This document shows, in pieces, positions 13,316-27,300 of a stretch of DNA of 64,000 nucleotides. The position numbers and the translations under genes were made by a program. The stretch is taken from the NCBI RefSeq assembly GCF_030144855.1, contig NC_082731.1:20398001-20462000 (forward strand). The letters are read 5' to 3'. A model generated the notes under the pieces. It did not search any database. It saw only the letters and a program-made list of their open reading frames with translations, and was not told the origin of the DNA. Within the stretch, counting starts at the first letter, position 1. Every line of letters begins with the position of its first letter. Source of the DNA: Hypanus sabinus. Taxonomy: Eukaryota.

Positions 13316-13948
13316 CCGTGTCGAACACTTACTCTCACCTAGTCCTACCTATCCGCACTCAGCCCATAACCCTCCATTCCTTTCCAGTCCATATACCTAT
13401 CCAGTTTCTTTTTAGATGATAAAATCAAACCTGCCTCTACCACTTCTACTGGAAGCTTGTTCCACAGAGATAGCGCTCTCTGAGTTCAGAGGTTCCCCCT
13501 CGTGTTACCCCTAACCTTTTGCTTCTTAACTCTCAACCCATGTCCTCTCGTTTGAATTTCCCCTGTTCTCAAAGGAAAAAGCCTATCTATGAAAACTCTA
13601 TCTATTCCCCTCATAATTTTAAATACCTTTATCAAGTCCACCCATCAACCTTCTACACTCCAAAGAATAAAGACCTAACTTGTACAACCTTTCTCTGTAA
13701 CGTTGGTGCTGAAACTCAGGTAACATTCTAGTAAATCTCTGTAATCTTTCTATTTTATTGACATCTGTCCTATAATTTGGTGACCAGAACGGTACACAAT
13801 ACTCCAAATTTGGCCTCACCAATGCCTTGTACAATTTTAGCATTACATCCCAACTCCTATACTCCATGCTCTGATTTATAAAGGCCAGCGTACCAAAAGC
13901 TTTCTTCACCACCTTATCCACATGAGATTCCACCTTCAGGGAACTATG
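13316..13948 (-). mobile_element. CR1 LINE 3' part (left half, interrupted by Gypsy)
   Basis: ORF 13619..13933 (KLYKALVRPNLEYCVPFWSP...LGLYSLECRRL). Confidence 0.88.
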
Positions 13949-16900
13949 CGTGACGCCCCTGAAAAACGGGGAGAAATAATCACGTCAGCGAAGTGAGGTG
14001 GTTTCCTCATTGAGAATTTACTCAGGTGAAGAAAGTACCGCGATGTCCCCTGGGTATGTAGTTGGTGACAGAATCAATCGGCCTCAGGCTAGCTGATCAA
14101 GGCTTCTCTGCAGAACAATGACAATACTATTAGGGCTTAACTTTACATAATAAAGAATGAAAGAAACAATGAAATGAATTAAATAACTTTTAGTATTTTA
14201 GCCCATTTAACATGTGTTTTCACTGTTTTTAAACAATTTTTGAACTTAACAGATCTTTAGTGTCTTATCCTTTAACTTGCCACATTGCCCGACAAAATTC
14301 AATGTTGTCCAAACATTACACAATTTTCCCTTTTCGCTTTACTTTTACAGTCTCTCATGAACTTGGCACTGAAGACCTTCTGTGAGTTGGTACTCAAGGG
14401 CCAAGGGTCACAGTTTTATGACTGTCAACAGTGCATAATCACAGGTCCCAGTCCATGTCTGGTGACGGGCCGCTGAGACAGTCTATACGCAGTCTTTCAA
14501 CTGTTTTTAGTCTCTCAAGACAATGATCCGCATAAGCAGTCTACGCATTGCCCATGACGTTAGTCAAACATCAAGTCTGTCGGCTCACTCTGGCTGGCGT
14601 CCATACATGGTGGGCGGGGGGGTATTGGAAGTAGTATGACTGTACAGGTGGTAGCCATTGGACCATTCCTGATGCATGGAAGGGAGGCAACATCTGAGGT
14701 GCCGGCTAGACACTGTAGCAGGAAGGGATGCCAAGCTGATCGTAGATCATACATCTCGGCGGGTGTCTCTGCCTTTGTGGCAGCTGATAGGGCGGTTCCT
14801 CATGTTCAGTCGCAGCATTTGGTGAAGAAGAGGGGTGTGAGGAACGATCATCAGGCAGATTTCCAGCAGGGAAGTCTGTTTCCGCACCAGGCAGGTTTTC
14901 AGCAGGTGCATTAAACTCCTCCAGCCGATCTCCTTCAGGAGGCTACGCGGGTGATGCAACAGGAGCTTGCGTTTCAATTCTCCCTTCTGCTGGTGGGTGC
15001 CTGTTTTCAGGCTCCATCTCTGGTTCACCCAATGTCTCATTCCCTTCTGCTGGCATCCTGGGGGGCCGGAGCGGCTCATAATGAAGCTCAGACTCATCCT
15101 CACTGTCCTCATCTGATTCCTGAGTTTGATGTGCAGGCTGGTGTCTCTTTTTCTGTCTCCTCTGGTCATTTGTAGCGATCTCTGGTTGTGTCTCAAAAGG
15201 TAAGTGATGACGGGGCATTAGCACGTTTCTGTATAGGACTCTGGAGTGTCCCTTACCCCTTTCTGGACTCAGTTCATAAATAGGCAGGCCTGACCCCATT
15301 TGTCTCAATACTGTGTGGACTGCCCTCCCAATAGTTTCGGAGTTTACCTGGTCCTCCTCTGGGTGTCAAGTTTTTAATCAGGACACGCCCACCGGGTTGT
15401 AGAACTGAACTCCTCACTTTTGTGTCATAGTACCTTTTACTCCTTTCGGCAGTCCTTTGAGCATTTTGGTTTACAATGGCTTATGTTTCCTCCATACCTT
15501 GTTTCCATTTTTCCTCATAATTTCGCTGATCACTGGAACCTGGCTCTGTGTGCAAAGAGCTTATCAGGTGGCAGCCTGGGTGATCTCCCGTACAGGAGGT
15601 AAAATGGTGAGTAGCCTGTCACTTCGCAGCGTGTGCACTTATAGACATACACCAGTTTGTTCAGGGACTCCTTCCAGTTTGATTTCCGTGTCTCCGTCAG
15701 CGTCCTTAGCATTTGCAACAATGTCCTATTCATGCGTTCCTCTTGACCGTTCCCCATCGGGTGATAGGGCATTGTTCTGGACCCAGCCACACCGCTGAAT
15801 TACTTTAACAGACTGAAGAACTGATTCTCGAACTCTCCTCATTGGTCGTGGTGGATGCGAGAGGGGAAGCCAAACTTCCGGGCGTAGTCACTGAAGATGA
15901 GATTTGCAGTGTTTCCGGACTTTAATGTGATTGCGTACGCCTGAACAAAACGTGTAAAGTGATCAACAACAAGGATGTACTCATATCCACCTTTGCATTG
16001 GTCTAGATGGAGGAAGTCAATACACACCAATTCAAATGGCTGTGTCGTCACAATATTTGTCAAGGAGGCTCTTGTATCGTGGCAGGGCTTTTTCTGTTTT
16101 AGACAAGTGCAGGCTTTGGTCACATAATGCTCTATTTCTGATTGCATTTATGGCCAGAAGAAGCGGTCACGTACTAAAGATACTGTGCAATCCGCGCCTT
16201 GGTGTCCTATGTGATTGTGCAGTTCTTCCAACACCTTCCCTTTGTAGCTTTCTGGCAAGATTAATTGCTTGCGGGCAGTGGTGGTTCTCTGTAGAATGCC
16301 ATCATCGTCTATTGTCAATTTGTCCCATTCTCTGAACAGGCATTTTGTCCTTGGACTGAATGCTCTCAGCTCTCTGACTGTTTGCTTGGAACCTGACAGC
16401 TTACACTCTAACACAGGACAGATGATGGGGTCTGATTTTTGTGTTACTCTTAACTGTTCTTTTGGTATTGGGCTGATGGACGCAGTGGCTGGCTCATTTT
16501 CAGCTGAGGCTGACATGGATACAGCTGTGAGTGGCCTAGTTGCAGTGGACTCTTTCTATACCTCAACAGCTTGTATGGCGGCAGCGATGGTGTTAGGCGG
16601 CAGTTCCTCCGAACATTCTCTCATCAGTGACTCTACGTCCAGCGGCATTCTCGACAAAGCATAGGCATTGTTGTTCTCTTTTCCCGGTCTGTACTTGATG
16701 GTAAAGCGGAAATCAGCCAACTCTGCAACCCACATGGAAGCAGTCGCGTTTAGTTTTGCAGTCGACAGGATGTAGGTGAGTGGGTTGTTATCACAATATG
16801 CAAGGTTGGGGCATTATACAGATGATCGCGGAACTTGTCAGTGATCGCCCACTTAAAGCCAGGAATTTTAGCTTGCCTGCATAGAAGTGATAGTTCCTTT

Positions 16901-19900
16901 CAGCTGCCGTCAATGTGCGAGAGCCATAAGCAATAACTCTAAGCTAGCCGTCTTTTTTCTGATACAGTACCGCACCCAAGTCTTGGTGTGATGCATCCGT
17001 GTATACAATGAATGGCTGAGTGAAATCAGGGAAACCTAACACTGGTGGATGGAGCAGGCAATCAATCAGCTGTTCAAGTACCTGTTGGTGCTGGTGTGTC
17101 CACATGATCGGCTTGTCTGAGGGTACAACCAGGCTCACTTTCTATACCCTTGTTTGTGGTTTTCTGTTGTCAGGAACTTCAGCCGCATCAGCTTTCAGGA
17201 GCTCATACAGATACTGGCTTTCCGTGAAAAATCTTTGATGCACTGCCTGTAGTAGGTGAGCAAACCAAGCATTTTTCTGAGTTGGCCCACAGTATAAGGT
17301 CTGATAGCTTTTAGTTTTTAACAGCTTCGAAGTCGGCTGGATCAACTCTACTGCCCTCTGAGAAAACCCTTCTGCCTAAGTAGCGGACCTCACGCTAGAA
17401 TAGCTCACACTTATCTGGCTTGAGTTTGATGCCGTACTCTCTGAGCACTGTTCGTACATTATTCACATGGTCGTCGAAGGCTTTACTGAAAACCTTCACT
17501 GCCACTATCTGTGGGTTTCATGCTGGTGTGGCTCACTGTGGTTGGTGTTGCAACTTTCTCAGAAATCGGGGCGGCATAACCGTCATGATAGTTTGTATTT
17601 GCCAATTAAATTGCGCCCTGGCAGAGCAATGTCACGGCCAGTTGGGTCAGACACATCAATTGTGATGACTGGGAGTGCATTCTTCCTGACACCGACTAGG
17701 GTGTCATAAAACTATAGACCATCTGGCCACTGTGGGTTCAGGTCTGGTTGAAATAACCATGTCCGCTTTAAAAGGCTGTGTAGCTACACGACAGTTAACT
17801 TGGATACTACTGTGTTTTCAAACTGCAACCTCCTGTTCCTTCATTTTCACCACATACTCATCTTCTGGCTCTGCACTAAGAGCCTGGATGAAAGCTCTCA
17901 CCTTGTTTCCTTTGTGACCTGGGAAAGCTTTCCTCATCGTGCTGTACTGTTAAGTCTTTTCGGTCTTAGTCAGGATGTGCTCGATAACATGGAAGCAAAT
18001 GATGGGATGAGACAGGTGCCAGCCTTTCATGACAAGCTCTGGAATGATCAGTTCTTCTGCTTGGTCATTTTCAGAGGCTCGCCGGAAAGTCGTTTCAATC
18101 CATCCCAAATAAGGCATTTTAGTTCCGTTTCCGGCAGTCAATGTCAAATCGTCACATGAGTCAAGGATCTCCGAGAGATCTCTTAGCTTTGCGGTCGGCA
18201 AGTATTCCTCTTTCCACCTTTCATCGTTATCAACACCTGAGAGCCTGTGTTCCATCAAGCTTGCAGTTAGTGGCCATCCAGGTAACACTCAATAATACAG
18301 AGCCTGCCAACCAGCGAGGTGACTTTGAGGGGATGGCCACCCCGAGCTAAGGGAGGTGAAGTGCTAACATTTCTCTCTTCACAGGATGACCATTGTTTCC
18401 GTTTGTCAGCTAAGTCTATAGTGCCACAATTTTCTCGTTCCTGGGACTCTTTGCTAGTCACGGTTAACACCCGTCCCGTGGTGGTAACCGTTCCCTGTTT
18501 AACGGAGCCTCTCTCTATGGTCTGATTACTCTAATTTTGCAGCCGGCTTGAAAATGTTCTCCACTTCCACATCGGTAGCTTCATTTGTTCCTGTCTGCTG
18601 GCAGCTTCATTTGGTCCTGTCTGACTGCAGACAAAACATCTCCGTGTAGCATTGACAGAGCGGTTAGTGTACAGATTAGGTCCATACTGAGGCTGCATTG
18701 GAGCAGGTGCTTGCGGATGAATGTAGCTGTTGTAATACTGCGTCGGTGAAGCAGTTGGCGGAGGGTCTCTATCTGGCCTGACGGCAGGTAGGGCATAGGG
18801 CTGTTGCTGAAACCTCATCTGTGTAGAGTCTCTTTAATCTGAACAATCTCGGCACTGAGACCTTTTAAAGAAGCTACACCTGTCTTAAGCCCTTGTATCT
18901 CCGTTAACAGTTCAGGGGAAACCAGTGTCTTGTCTTCCTTCACCCGGTACGTAGCAGGTGGCCTATCCTCTGACTGCTCTACGCTTAAACTTGTTGCTGA
19001 CTGTGGGGTGTTTAACTTCTTTTTGTTTCTTCTTTCGCCCTCTGTAACAAAAGCTCATCTGAGGTATCAGTATCTAGGTGCAGAGGCTGCATGTCTGTCT
19101 TGATACTGTCATTCTGGAGACAAGTAAGTAATGTGTGTAAGCACATGCGCTGGAGTGAAGCTGGATCATACCTAAGCCCTGATTCTGACTCTTTGGAAGC
19201 AAACATTACTTTCTCCCTCGCATCTAGAACCCGCATGAACCCGTTTCTTTGCTGTTCTGTACATCAGAATCTAGATGCGTCGGAGTGTGGGGAGAGTCAG
19301 GATGGGTCTTCCTTTCAAATAGCTGCGTAACTGGGAGCCTGGGGAAATAGCTCTAATTACCGCATCTACTATTTCTATTTCAGGATAACCTCTGTTCAGT
19401 CCATTCTCAATCTGCTGAGCAAAGCTGGAGAATGTCAGTTATCTTTTTGTCCTGGTTTTTGAAATCTTTGCGCCAGCTTGGGCTTGGCTGCTGCGGCTGA
19501 GCACAGGCTGAGGGCTGCCTGCTGGCTTGTGGGCTCACGGTAGTTTGAGACTGGTACTGAGACTCATGAACAGTAGTATTAACAAGGGGGAGCTGCCCAA
19601 TTTTCACATTTTCCCCGGTTTGTGCTGCTCCATTATCTGTACCCTTGGGTACCCTTGTACCCAATTTTCTCTTTCAGTAGAAAAAATTCCGGCATGCCGC
19701 CATCGTCTAACTCTGCCACTTCTTCTCTTTCAAAAAATTTCATTACGTGTGTCAATAGTGATATGCGGGACTTTCCTTCAACAGCTGTTCTTCGCTCTCC
19801 TGATATGTTAAGCAAATCACAAACTTCGAGCAAGTTGTCTCTAGTCAGGGTATGTAACACTCCTACTACCGCTTCCTGTAGCTTATCTAAGGCTGACATG

Positions 19901-20492
19901 TTGACAGGACAGGAAAAACTTACTGTGCAGGTTTTGGGTCTGAACTGGATGGCCTTTAACATCCCTGATGATCACTGACTGGCCTGGGATGACGTGTACT
20001 CCACCACCAGCTTCCAGCTCTCCTCAACACAGCAGCGCCTTTTATCTTCACAGCCTGCCCGAGTTGTATTGTGGGGAGAATTTATCTGCTGCAGAATACG
20101 GCCAGCAGGTTGTGGACACCGGACATCTGAAGCGCAATCTCAGCCGTCCCTCCATAATGTTACGCCCATGAAAAGCGGGGAGAAATAATCAGGACAGCGA
20201 TGTGAGGTGGTTTCCTCGTTGAGAATTGATTCAGGTGAAGGAAGTATCCTGATGTCCCCTGGGTATGTGGGTGGAGACAAAAGCAATCGACCTCAGGCGA
20301 GCAGATCAGGTCTGCTCTATAGAGCACTGATAATACTATTAGGGCTTAACTTTACAAAATAAAGAATGAAAGAAGCAATGAAATAAACTAAATACCTATT
20401 AGTATTTTAACCCATTTTAACATGTTTTCTCACTGCTTTTGAACAATTTTTAAACTTAACATCTTTAGTGTCTTATCCTTTAACTTGTCACA
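13949..20492 (-). mobile_element. Ty3/Gypsy LTR retrotransposon, two LTRs (13949-14284 and 20158-20492), decayed gag-pol
   Basis: Direct repeats of about 335 bp (CG/TG...CA); 4-bp TSD tatg (13945-13948) / catg (20493-20496). RNase H PFIVYTDASHQDLGAVLYQ; integrase HNHIGHQG...CTC, PFELVCIDF, ILVVDHFTRF and [17 protein letters not shown]; order RT-RH-IN. Confidence 0.92.
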
Positions 20493-20496
20493 CATG

Positions 20497-21720
20497 CACC
20501 ATTATCCTAGACATTCCTCAATGCCCTACCACTTACCATGTATATCCTATTTTGATTAGTCCTACCAAAATGTAATACCTCACAATTATCAGCATTAAAA
20601 TCCATCCAGCATCTTTCAACCCAATATTCCAACTGGCTTAAATCTCTCTGCAACTTTGAAAACCTACTTCATTATCCATTACGCCACCTATCTTAGTATC
20701 ATCTGCATACTTACTAATCCAAGTTACCACCCATTCATCCAGGCCATTAACGTTTATGATGAAGAACATTAGACCCGGTACAGCTCACTGTGGCGCACTA
20801 CTAGTCACCGGCCTCCAACCTGACAAACAGTTATCCACCACTACTCTCTGGCACCTCCCATCCAGCCACAGTTGAATTCATTTCACTACTTCTATACTAA
20901 TACCTAACGATTAAACCTTCCTAGCTAAACCTCCGTGTGGAAACTTGTCAAAGGCCTTACTGAAATCCGTATAGACAACATCCACTGCTTTACCGTCATC
21001 GACGTTCAGGGCAAAATCTTCCAAAAAACTTCAATAAGATTTGTCAAACATGACCTTCCAAGCACAAATCCATGGTGACTGCTGCTAATCAGACACTGTC
21101 TCTCCAGATAATTATATATACCATCTCTGAATAATTTCGATTAATTTACCCACCACTGACGTCAAACTTACAGGCCGATAATTGCTAGGTTTAATCGTAG
21201 AACCCTTTTTAAACAATGGAACCACATGAGCATTACACCAATCCTCCGGTACCATCCTCGCTTCCAATGACATTTGCAATATTTCTGACAGAGTCCCTAT
21301 TATTTCTACACCAACTTCCCTCAAGGTCCTTGGAAATATCCTGTCAAGACCCAGAGTCTTATCCACTTATATATTTGTTAAAAGCTCTAGTACATCCTCT
21401 TCTTTAATCATCATAGTTTACATAAATACCTTAATTGTTTCCCTTAACTTACACAATTCAATATCCTTCTCATTAGTGAATAATGAAGAAAATAAATTGT
21501 CCAAAATCTCCCCATCTCTTTTGGCTCCACACATAGCTGTCCACTCTGCTTCTCTAAGGGACCAATTTTATCCCTCGATATCCTTATACTATTAACATAA
21601 CTGTAGAAACTCTTTGGATTCATTTGCACCTTACCTGCCAATGCAAACTCATCTCTTAGCTTTTCTAATTTCTTTCTTAAGATTCTTTTTACATTCTTTA
21701 TAGTCTTCGAGCACCTCACT
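20497..21720 (-). mobile_element. CR1 LINE RT region (right half of the element interrupted by Gypsy)
   Basis: ORFs 21112..21366 (VVPLFKKG...NYRPVSLTSVVGKL) and 21444..21719; resumes exactly where 13948 left off. Confidence 0.88.
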
Positions 21721-22266
21721 TAAAACGTAGCCCGTGTAATTGCACTGACTGTTGTTCATAAGTTAGTAACAGCAGTTTGGGACACTGGAATTAATCCCGC
21801 GAGTACCCTCCTCACAGACTGGGAGGCACAGGGATGTCAAATCGGATGAGAACAGGAAAAAGATATCGGTGAAAAGGAAACACATCTGGACAGAAAGCGG
21901 GGAATAGGCTTGTGGATGCTTCTCCGGCGACATAACCTAGATTGGGTGCACTGCAATGAAGGATGCAGGTGCATAATGAGCTTCAGCAGCACTGACAGTG
22001 GATTGCTCAGCTCAGGTGGCTGACCTGTCGTCCCTTACCGAAAAAATGCGCTATAGTGAAGGTCGACAAGCAAATATATATTCAGACAGCCCGTGGACCT
22101 TCGGGACGGTTATCGGATGCCTTGGGAACGATGAGGATTTTGTAACCACAACAGGTGCAGGTATTCATCGCGGGCACCCAATACAACAACTGCTGGAAGC
22201 ACTGTCTGCCAGCTGAAGTGGAAAGTAATTAAATTGGAATCTCAGCGGTAAGAGAAGAGTAAGGAG
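21721..22266 (+). mobile_element. ERV tether/RNase H remnant of cassette 1
   Basis: ORF 21998..22216 SAQVADLSSLTEKMRYSEGRQANIYSDSPWTFG...HPIQQLLEAL matches the retroviral RNase H pattern SAQxAELxAL...NIYTDSxYAFG. Confidence 0.85.
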
Positions 22267-22438
22267 GGGGTGGAGTTTCAAGATGGCGACGTAAGCATCT
22301 GCCTTTTAGGCGCTCTTTATTTTTTTAACTATAATCACCCTTTAATTAGATCTTTTCGAACTTAATCATATGAGTTGCTACCTTTGATTGACCCTTTTTT
22401 CCTAAAATAATAGTTGATCTAATCTTGTCAAACCTAAA

Positions 22439-23344
22439 ATGGCTACAAGTAAGAAATCGGCTAAGGATCCTGTATCCATCGACGCAATTTCTGGTCTTTT
22501 GGACATTAAACTGGATGTTAAATTTGCGGGTATGGAAGGTAAATTGGACAATAAACTGGATGCTAAATTTGCGGGTCTGGAAGGCAGACTAGAAGGTAAA
22601 TTGGACAGTAAACTGTTAAATTTGGAAAGGAGGATTACTTCGAAAATATCCGATCTTGAAGGAGTTGTTAAATCGCTTGAAACTAAGTTTCAGTCGCAGG
22701 CGTTAGTGGTTCAGCAGCTTGGAAATAAGATCACGACTCTTGAACAATCAATTTGTGAAAAAGCACGTACAATTGAAGTGTTAGAGAAGAAGATAGAGTC
22801 AACTGCTAAAACTTTAGATCAGTATAAGTTTAAAATTACTGATCTTGAAAATCGTTCTCGCAGACAGAATTTGCGCATCATCGGAATTCCCGAAAAAGTT
22901 GAGTCCGGTGATTTAACTGAATTTTTCTCTAAATTACTGTGGGAAATTTTCGGTGGTGAAGGTTTGAAAAATGAACCTGTTATCGACCGTGCTCATAGAG
23001 TTGCGAGGCTTTCGTCTGTGCCTGATAAACCACGAGCGGTGATTGTTCGCCTTCATTATCCTCGTGAGAATGAGCTTCTAATTCGGTTAGCTCGTAAAAA
23101 AGGTATGATCTCCTTCAAAAATTACTCATTTCGAATAGTTGAGGATTATTCTTATGAAGTAATGAAAGCCAGGATCGCTTTTAAACCAGTGATGGCAGAG
23201 ATTCATTCGATTGGATTTAAACAAGCTTTAATGTATCCAGCGAAGCTTAGAATTGTGCTGCCTGACAACAGTCTACACTTTTTTAACACTCCTGAAGAAG
23301 CGAAGAAATTTGTTGAAGAATATCGATCCTCTAGTGCAACTTGA
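22439..23344 (+). CDS. L1 ORF1p (coiled coil, RRM, CTD), intact, 301 aa
   Basis: DLENRSRRQNLRIIGIPE, IDRAHRV, PRAVIVRL and LMYPAKLRI motifs. Confidence 0.92.
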   Translation: MATSKKSAKDPVSIDAISGLLDIKLDVKFAGMEGKLDNKLDAKFAGLEGRLEGKLDSKLLNLERRITSKISDLEGVVKSLETKFQSQALVVQQLGNKITTLEQSICEKARTIEVLEKKIESTAKTLDQYKFKITDLENRSRRQNLRIIGIPEKVESGDLTEFFSKLLWEIFGGEGLKNEPVIDRAHRVARLSSVPDKPRAVIVRLHYPRENELLIRLARKKGMISFKNYSFRIVEDYSYEVMKARIAFKPVMAEIHSIGFKQALMYPAKLRIVLPDNSLHFFNTPEEAKKFVEEYRSSSAT

Positions 23345-24339
23345 ACTATGAGTTACATTGAAGATTTTTTTTTTGGAGAGAGGATGTCATTTCATTTTAA
23401 GTTTTAACCCTGGAAGTTGGGTTATAACTTTTTATTTTGATCTATGGGTCTGGGTCTTTTTTTTTACTACTATTATTATTGCTTATAGATGCTGTTTTAA
23501 TTTTTATAATATCCTTTTTTATACACGTTTGTATTTTGTAATAATGAATTATTTTTTCAAAATGTCGTTTCTTCTTCCCATAAGTCTTTACTTTTTATAA
23601 GCGTTTATTTGCTTGCCTGTATTTAGAAATGGAACAAAGGTTTTGAATTCTTTTTTTTTAGTTTTTTTTAAATATGTTGTAGTGTCTATTAAATCTTTTT
23701 TTTTAAAAAAATTCTATTTTGATAACTTTTTTTTTTAATTAAATTTTCTTATTAGATTGCTGAATTTATATTCATATTTTGTAATATGGCTTTCTCAAAA
23801 TGTCGTTTCTTCTTCCCATAAGTCTTGGCTTGTGAAACGTCATCTTTGTATCTGAATATGGAATTTCTTTTTTAAAGGTGTATTACATTTTTAAACTTTA
23901 ATGTTCATTTTTTTTTATTAATGATTTTTCTGGTTTTACTATTTTAGTTTTTTTTTGATTTGTCTGATATGTGTGTGTATGTGTATGTATATATATATAT
24001 GTAGGTATATATATATATATATATATTTTTTTTTTTGCAACTCTATATTTTAATTAGGGTGTTATATAGTTTTTTCTTAAAAAATTTTCTTATGGAGCTG
24101 CCATCTTGAAATGGGGGTAATATTAGTATTAGTTTATGCGCCTGCCGCTTGGCTTTCTTTCAAAGGGTGGGGGGAGGGGGGAGGGATCTTTTTTCATGCT
24201 TTTGCTTTTTATTTTTTTGCTTTTAGTTTATGGGCTGACTTTAAATTGTTAATATTGTTGAGGTGTCAGGATCTCCGTTTGCTCCTGAATCAATTTTCCT
24301 TCTTCCAAAATTGTGGGTTATGTGTCTTTTTAACCTTTT

Positions 24340-27300
24340 ATGATACACACAATTAATATTGGTATGATGGATAAATCTATTAACTTTATCTCGTGGAATA
24401 CTAATGGTTTAAATCATCCGATTAAACGTAAAAAAATATTTAAAGTATTCCATAGATTGAACGCTAATATTATTTTTGCACAGGAGACCCATATTAGGAG
24501 GGAGGATAATCAACGTTTTTTTAGGTTCTGGAAAGGTCAACAATTTCACTCAAATTGTACCGCTAAAATTAGGGGTGTGTCTATTTTTATAGACGCCTCA
24601 ATTTCGTTTACACATTATGAAATTATTTCTGATCCACAGGGTAGATTTTTGTTGATAACTGGTTCACTTTTTAATCGGAAAGTTGTTTTAGTTAATATTT
24701 ATGCTCCAAACTTTGATTGTCCTAAATTTTTTAAACGTTTATTTACTTCTCTTCCTAATTTGAATGAATATATGTTGATTATGGGTGGAGACTTTAATTG
24801 TTGTTTGAATCCTTCGATGGATAGATCTAAACCTATTCGAACTCTTCCGAATAGATCAGCTTTACTTATTAATTCTTTTATGGTTGATTCTGGAATTACT
24901 GAAATATGGCGGTTTTTGAACCCTAAAGATAAAGAATTTTCATTTTTTTCACATGTATATCATAGTTATTCTAGAATTGATTATTTTCTTATTGATCATC
25001 GTTTATTAACAGATGTTATTGATTGTAAATACGATTCTATTGCTATTTCGGATCATGCGCCTTTGAAGTTATCTATCAAGATTCCGGACTCTTCTATCAA
25101 TACTAGATCTTGGAGACTTAATGCTACTTTACTTCAAGATCCAGAATTTATTACCTTCATAAAACAACAAATTGACTTATTTTTTTCAACAAACTATAAT
25201 GAAGAGATTGATAAAGGAATACTTTGGGACTCTTTCAAGGCTTTTATTCGTGGACAAATTATTTCATATTCCGCTGGTAAAAGAAAACAAAGATATTCAG
25301 ATATAGCTTTATTGGTGGATAAAATTAAAGAAATTGATAAGATTTATTCCGTTACTCCTACCAAAGAACTTTATAAGAAGAGAGTTGAGCTTCAAATGGA
25401 ACATAGTTTATTATTATCTTCTTCAATTGAGAATCAATTAATTAAGACTAGGGCTCAATTTTATATTCATAGTGATCGAACTGGTAAATTGTTAGCTAAT
25501 CAATTAAAGGCTATTTCGACTAAGCGACAAATTATTAAAATTCGTAAACAAGACGGTAATTTAACTACTGATTATAAAGAAATCAATAACACTTTTCAAG
25601 ATTTTTATAAATCTTTATATCAATCAGAATTTGACGGTGACCGGTTTACGATGGATAATTTTTATATAATAACTTGAATATTCCTAAACTGATAGATGAA
25701 GATTGTAGCTTGTTTGATGCTCCTATTTCTATGGATGAAATAAGAGAGGCTATTTCATCAATGAATTCAGGGAAAGCTCCTGGTCCTGATGGTTTTATTG
25801 TAGAATTTTTTAAAACTTTTTCTTTATTGCTTTCTCCTTGGCTATGTGAAATCTTTAATGATGCGTTTGTTAAGAAGAGACTACCTCAATCGTTTTATGA
25901 AGCTACTATCTCTCTAATTCTTAAAAAAGATAAAGATCCTACTTTATGTGCATCTTATCGCCCTATATCATTATTAAATGTAGACTCTAAGATTCTTACA
26001 AAAATTTTAGCCATTAGATTAGAAAAGGTATTACCACAGATTATTTCAGAAGATCAAACTGGTTTTATTAGGAATCGGTATTCCTTTTTTAATATTAGAA
26101 AATTGATTAACATAATTTATACTTCATCACCTACAACCCCAGAATGTGTTATCTCATTAGATGCTGAAAAAGCCTTTGATAGAGTTGAATGGACATATTT
26201 ATTTAATGCATTGAGAAACTTTAATTTTAGTCCTAATTTTATATCATGGATTAAATTAATATATTATAAACCTGTTGCTTCTGTTCTTACAAATAATTAT
26301 AGATCCTCTTTTTTTCAATTATCTCGTGGTACGAGACAAGGTTGTCCTTTAAGTCCTTTATTATTTAATATTGCATTAGAACCTTTAGCTATTGCTATTC
26401 GTGAGTCTCCTAATATTTTTGGTATTACCCGTAATGAGAAGTTATACAAATTATCGCTTTATGCTGATGATTTGTTGTTATATATTTCTAATCCTAGTAG
26501 GTCTATTCCTGCTATTTTATCCTTGTTGGCTCAATTTGGTAGCTTTTCTGGTTATAAGTTAAACTTAGATAAGAGTGAGTTATTCCCTTTAAACGCGCAA
26601 ACCTTATTGAGTGATAGGATGCCATTTAAAGTTGTTACTGATAACTTTATCTATTTAGGTATAAAAATCACCAAGAAATATAAAGATTTATTCGGACTGA
26701 ATTTTTTACCTATGCTTCATCAAATTCAGCAACTTACTGCTAGATGGTCTCCCTTATTTTTATCATTAGTTGGTCGGATTAATGCTATTAAAATGATGAT
26801 TTTACCGACATTTTTATATTTATTCCAAGCTTTACCAATTTTTATTCCTAAATCTTTTTTTGATAATATTGATTCAAAAATTTCCTCATTTGTGTGGCAA
26901 AATAAAAATCCTAGGTTAAGCAAAAGGCAATTACAAAAGTCTAAAAAAGATGGTGGTCTAGCTTTACCTAACTTTAGATTTTATTATTGGGCGAATAATA
27001 TTCGTAACCTAATGTACTGGAAACTAGATTTGGATTCACCTGTGTGCCCACAGTGGGTAAATTTGGAATGTAGTGAGGTTAAGGGATATTCTATATTTTC
27101 CGTTCTTGGTTCTTTTCTTCCTATTGATTTAGCCAAATTCAATAAACAGATATCTAACCCTGTTGTTAAACATACACTACGAATTTGGTTTCAATTTCGC
27201 AAATTCTTTAATCTGAAAAACTTTGCTCTGGACAGCCCTATTTTATGTAATTTTTTTTTTAAACCTTCATTGACAGATCAAGCTTTTAGTATATGGAAAA

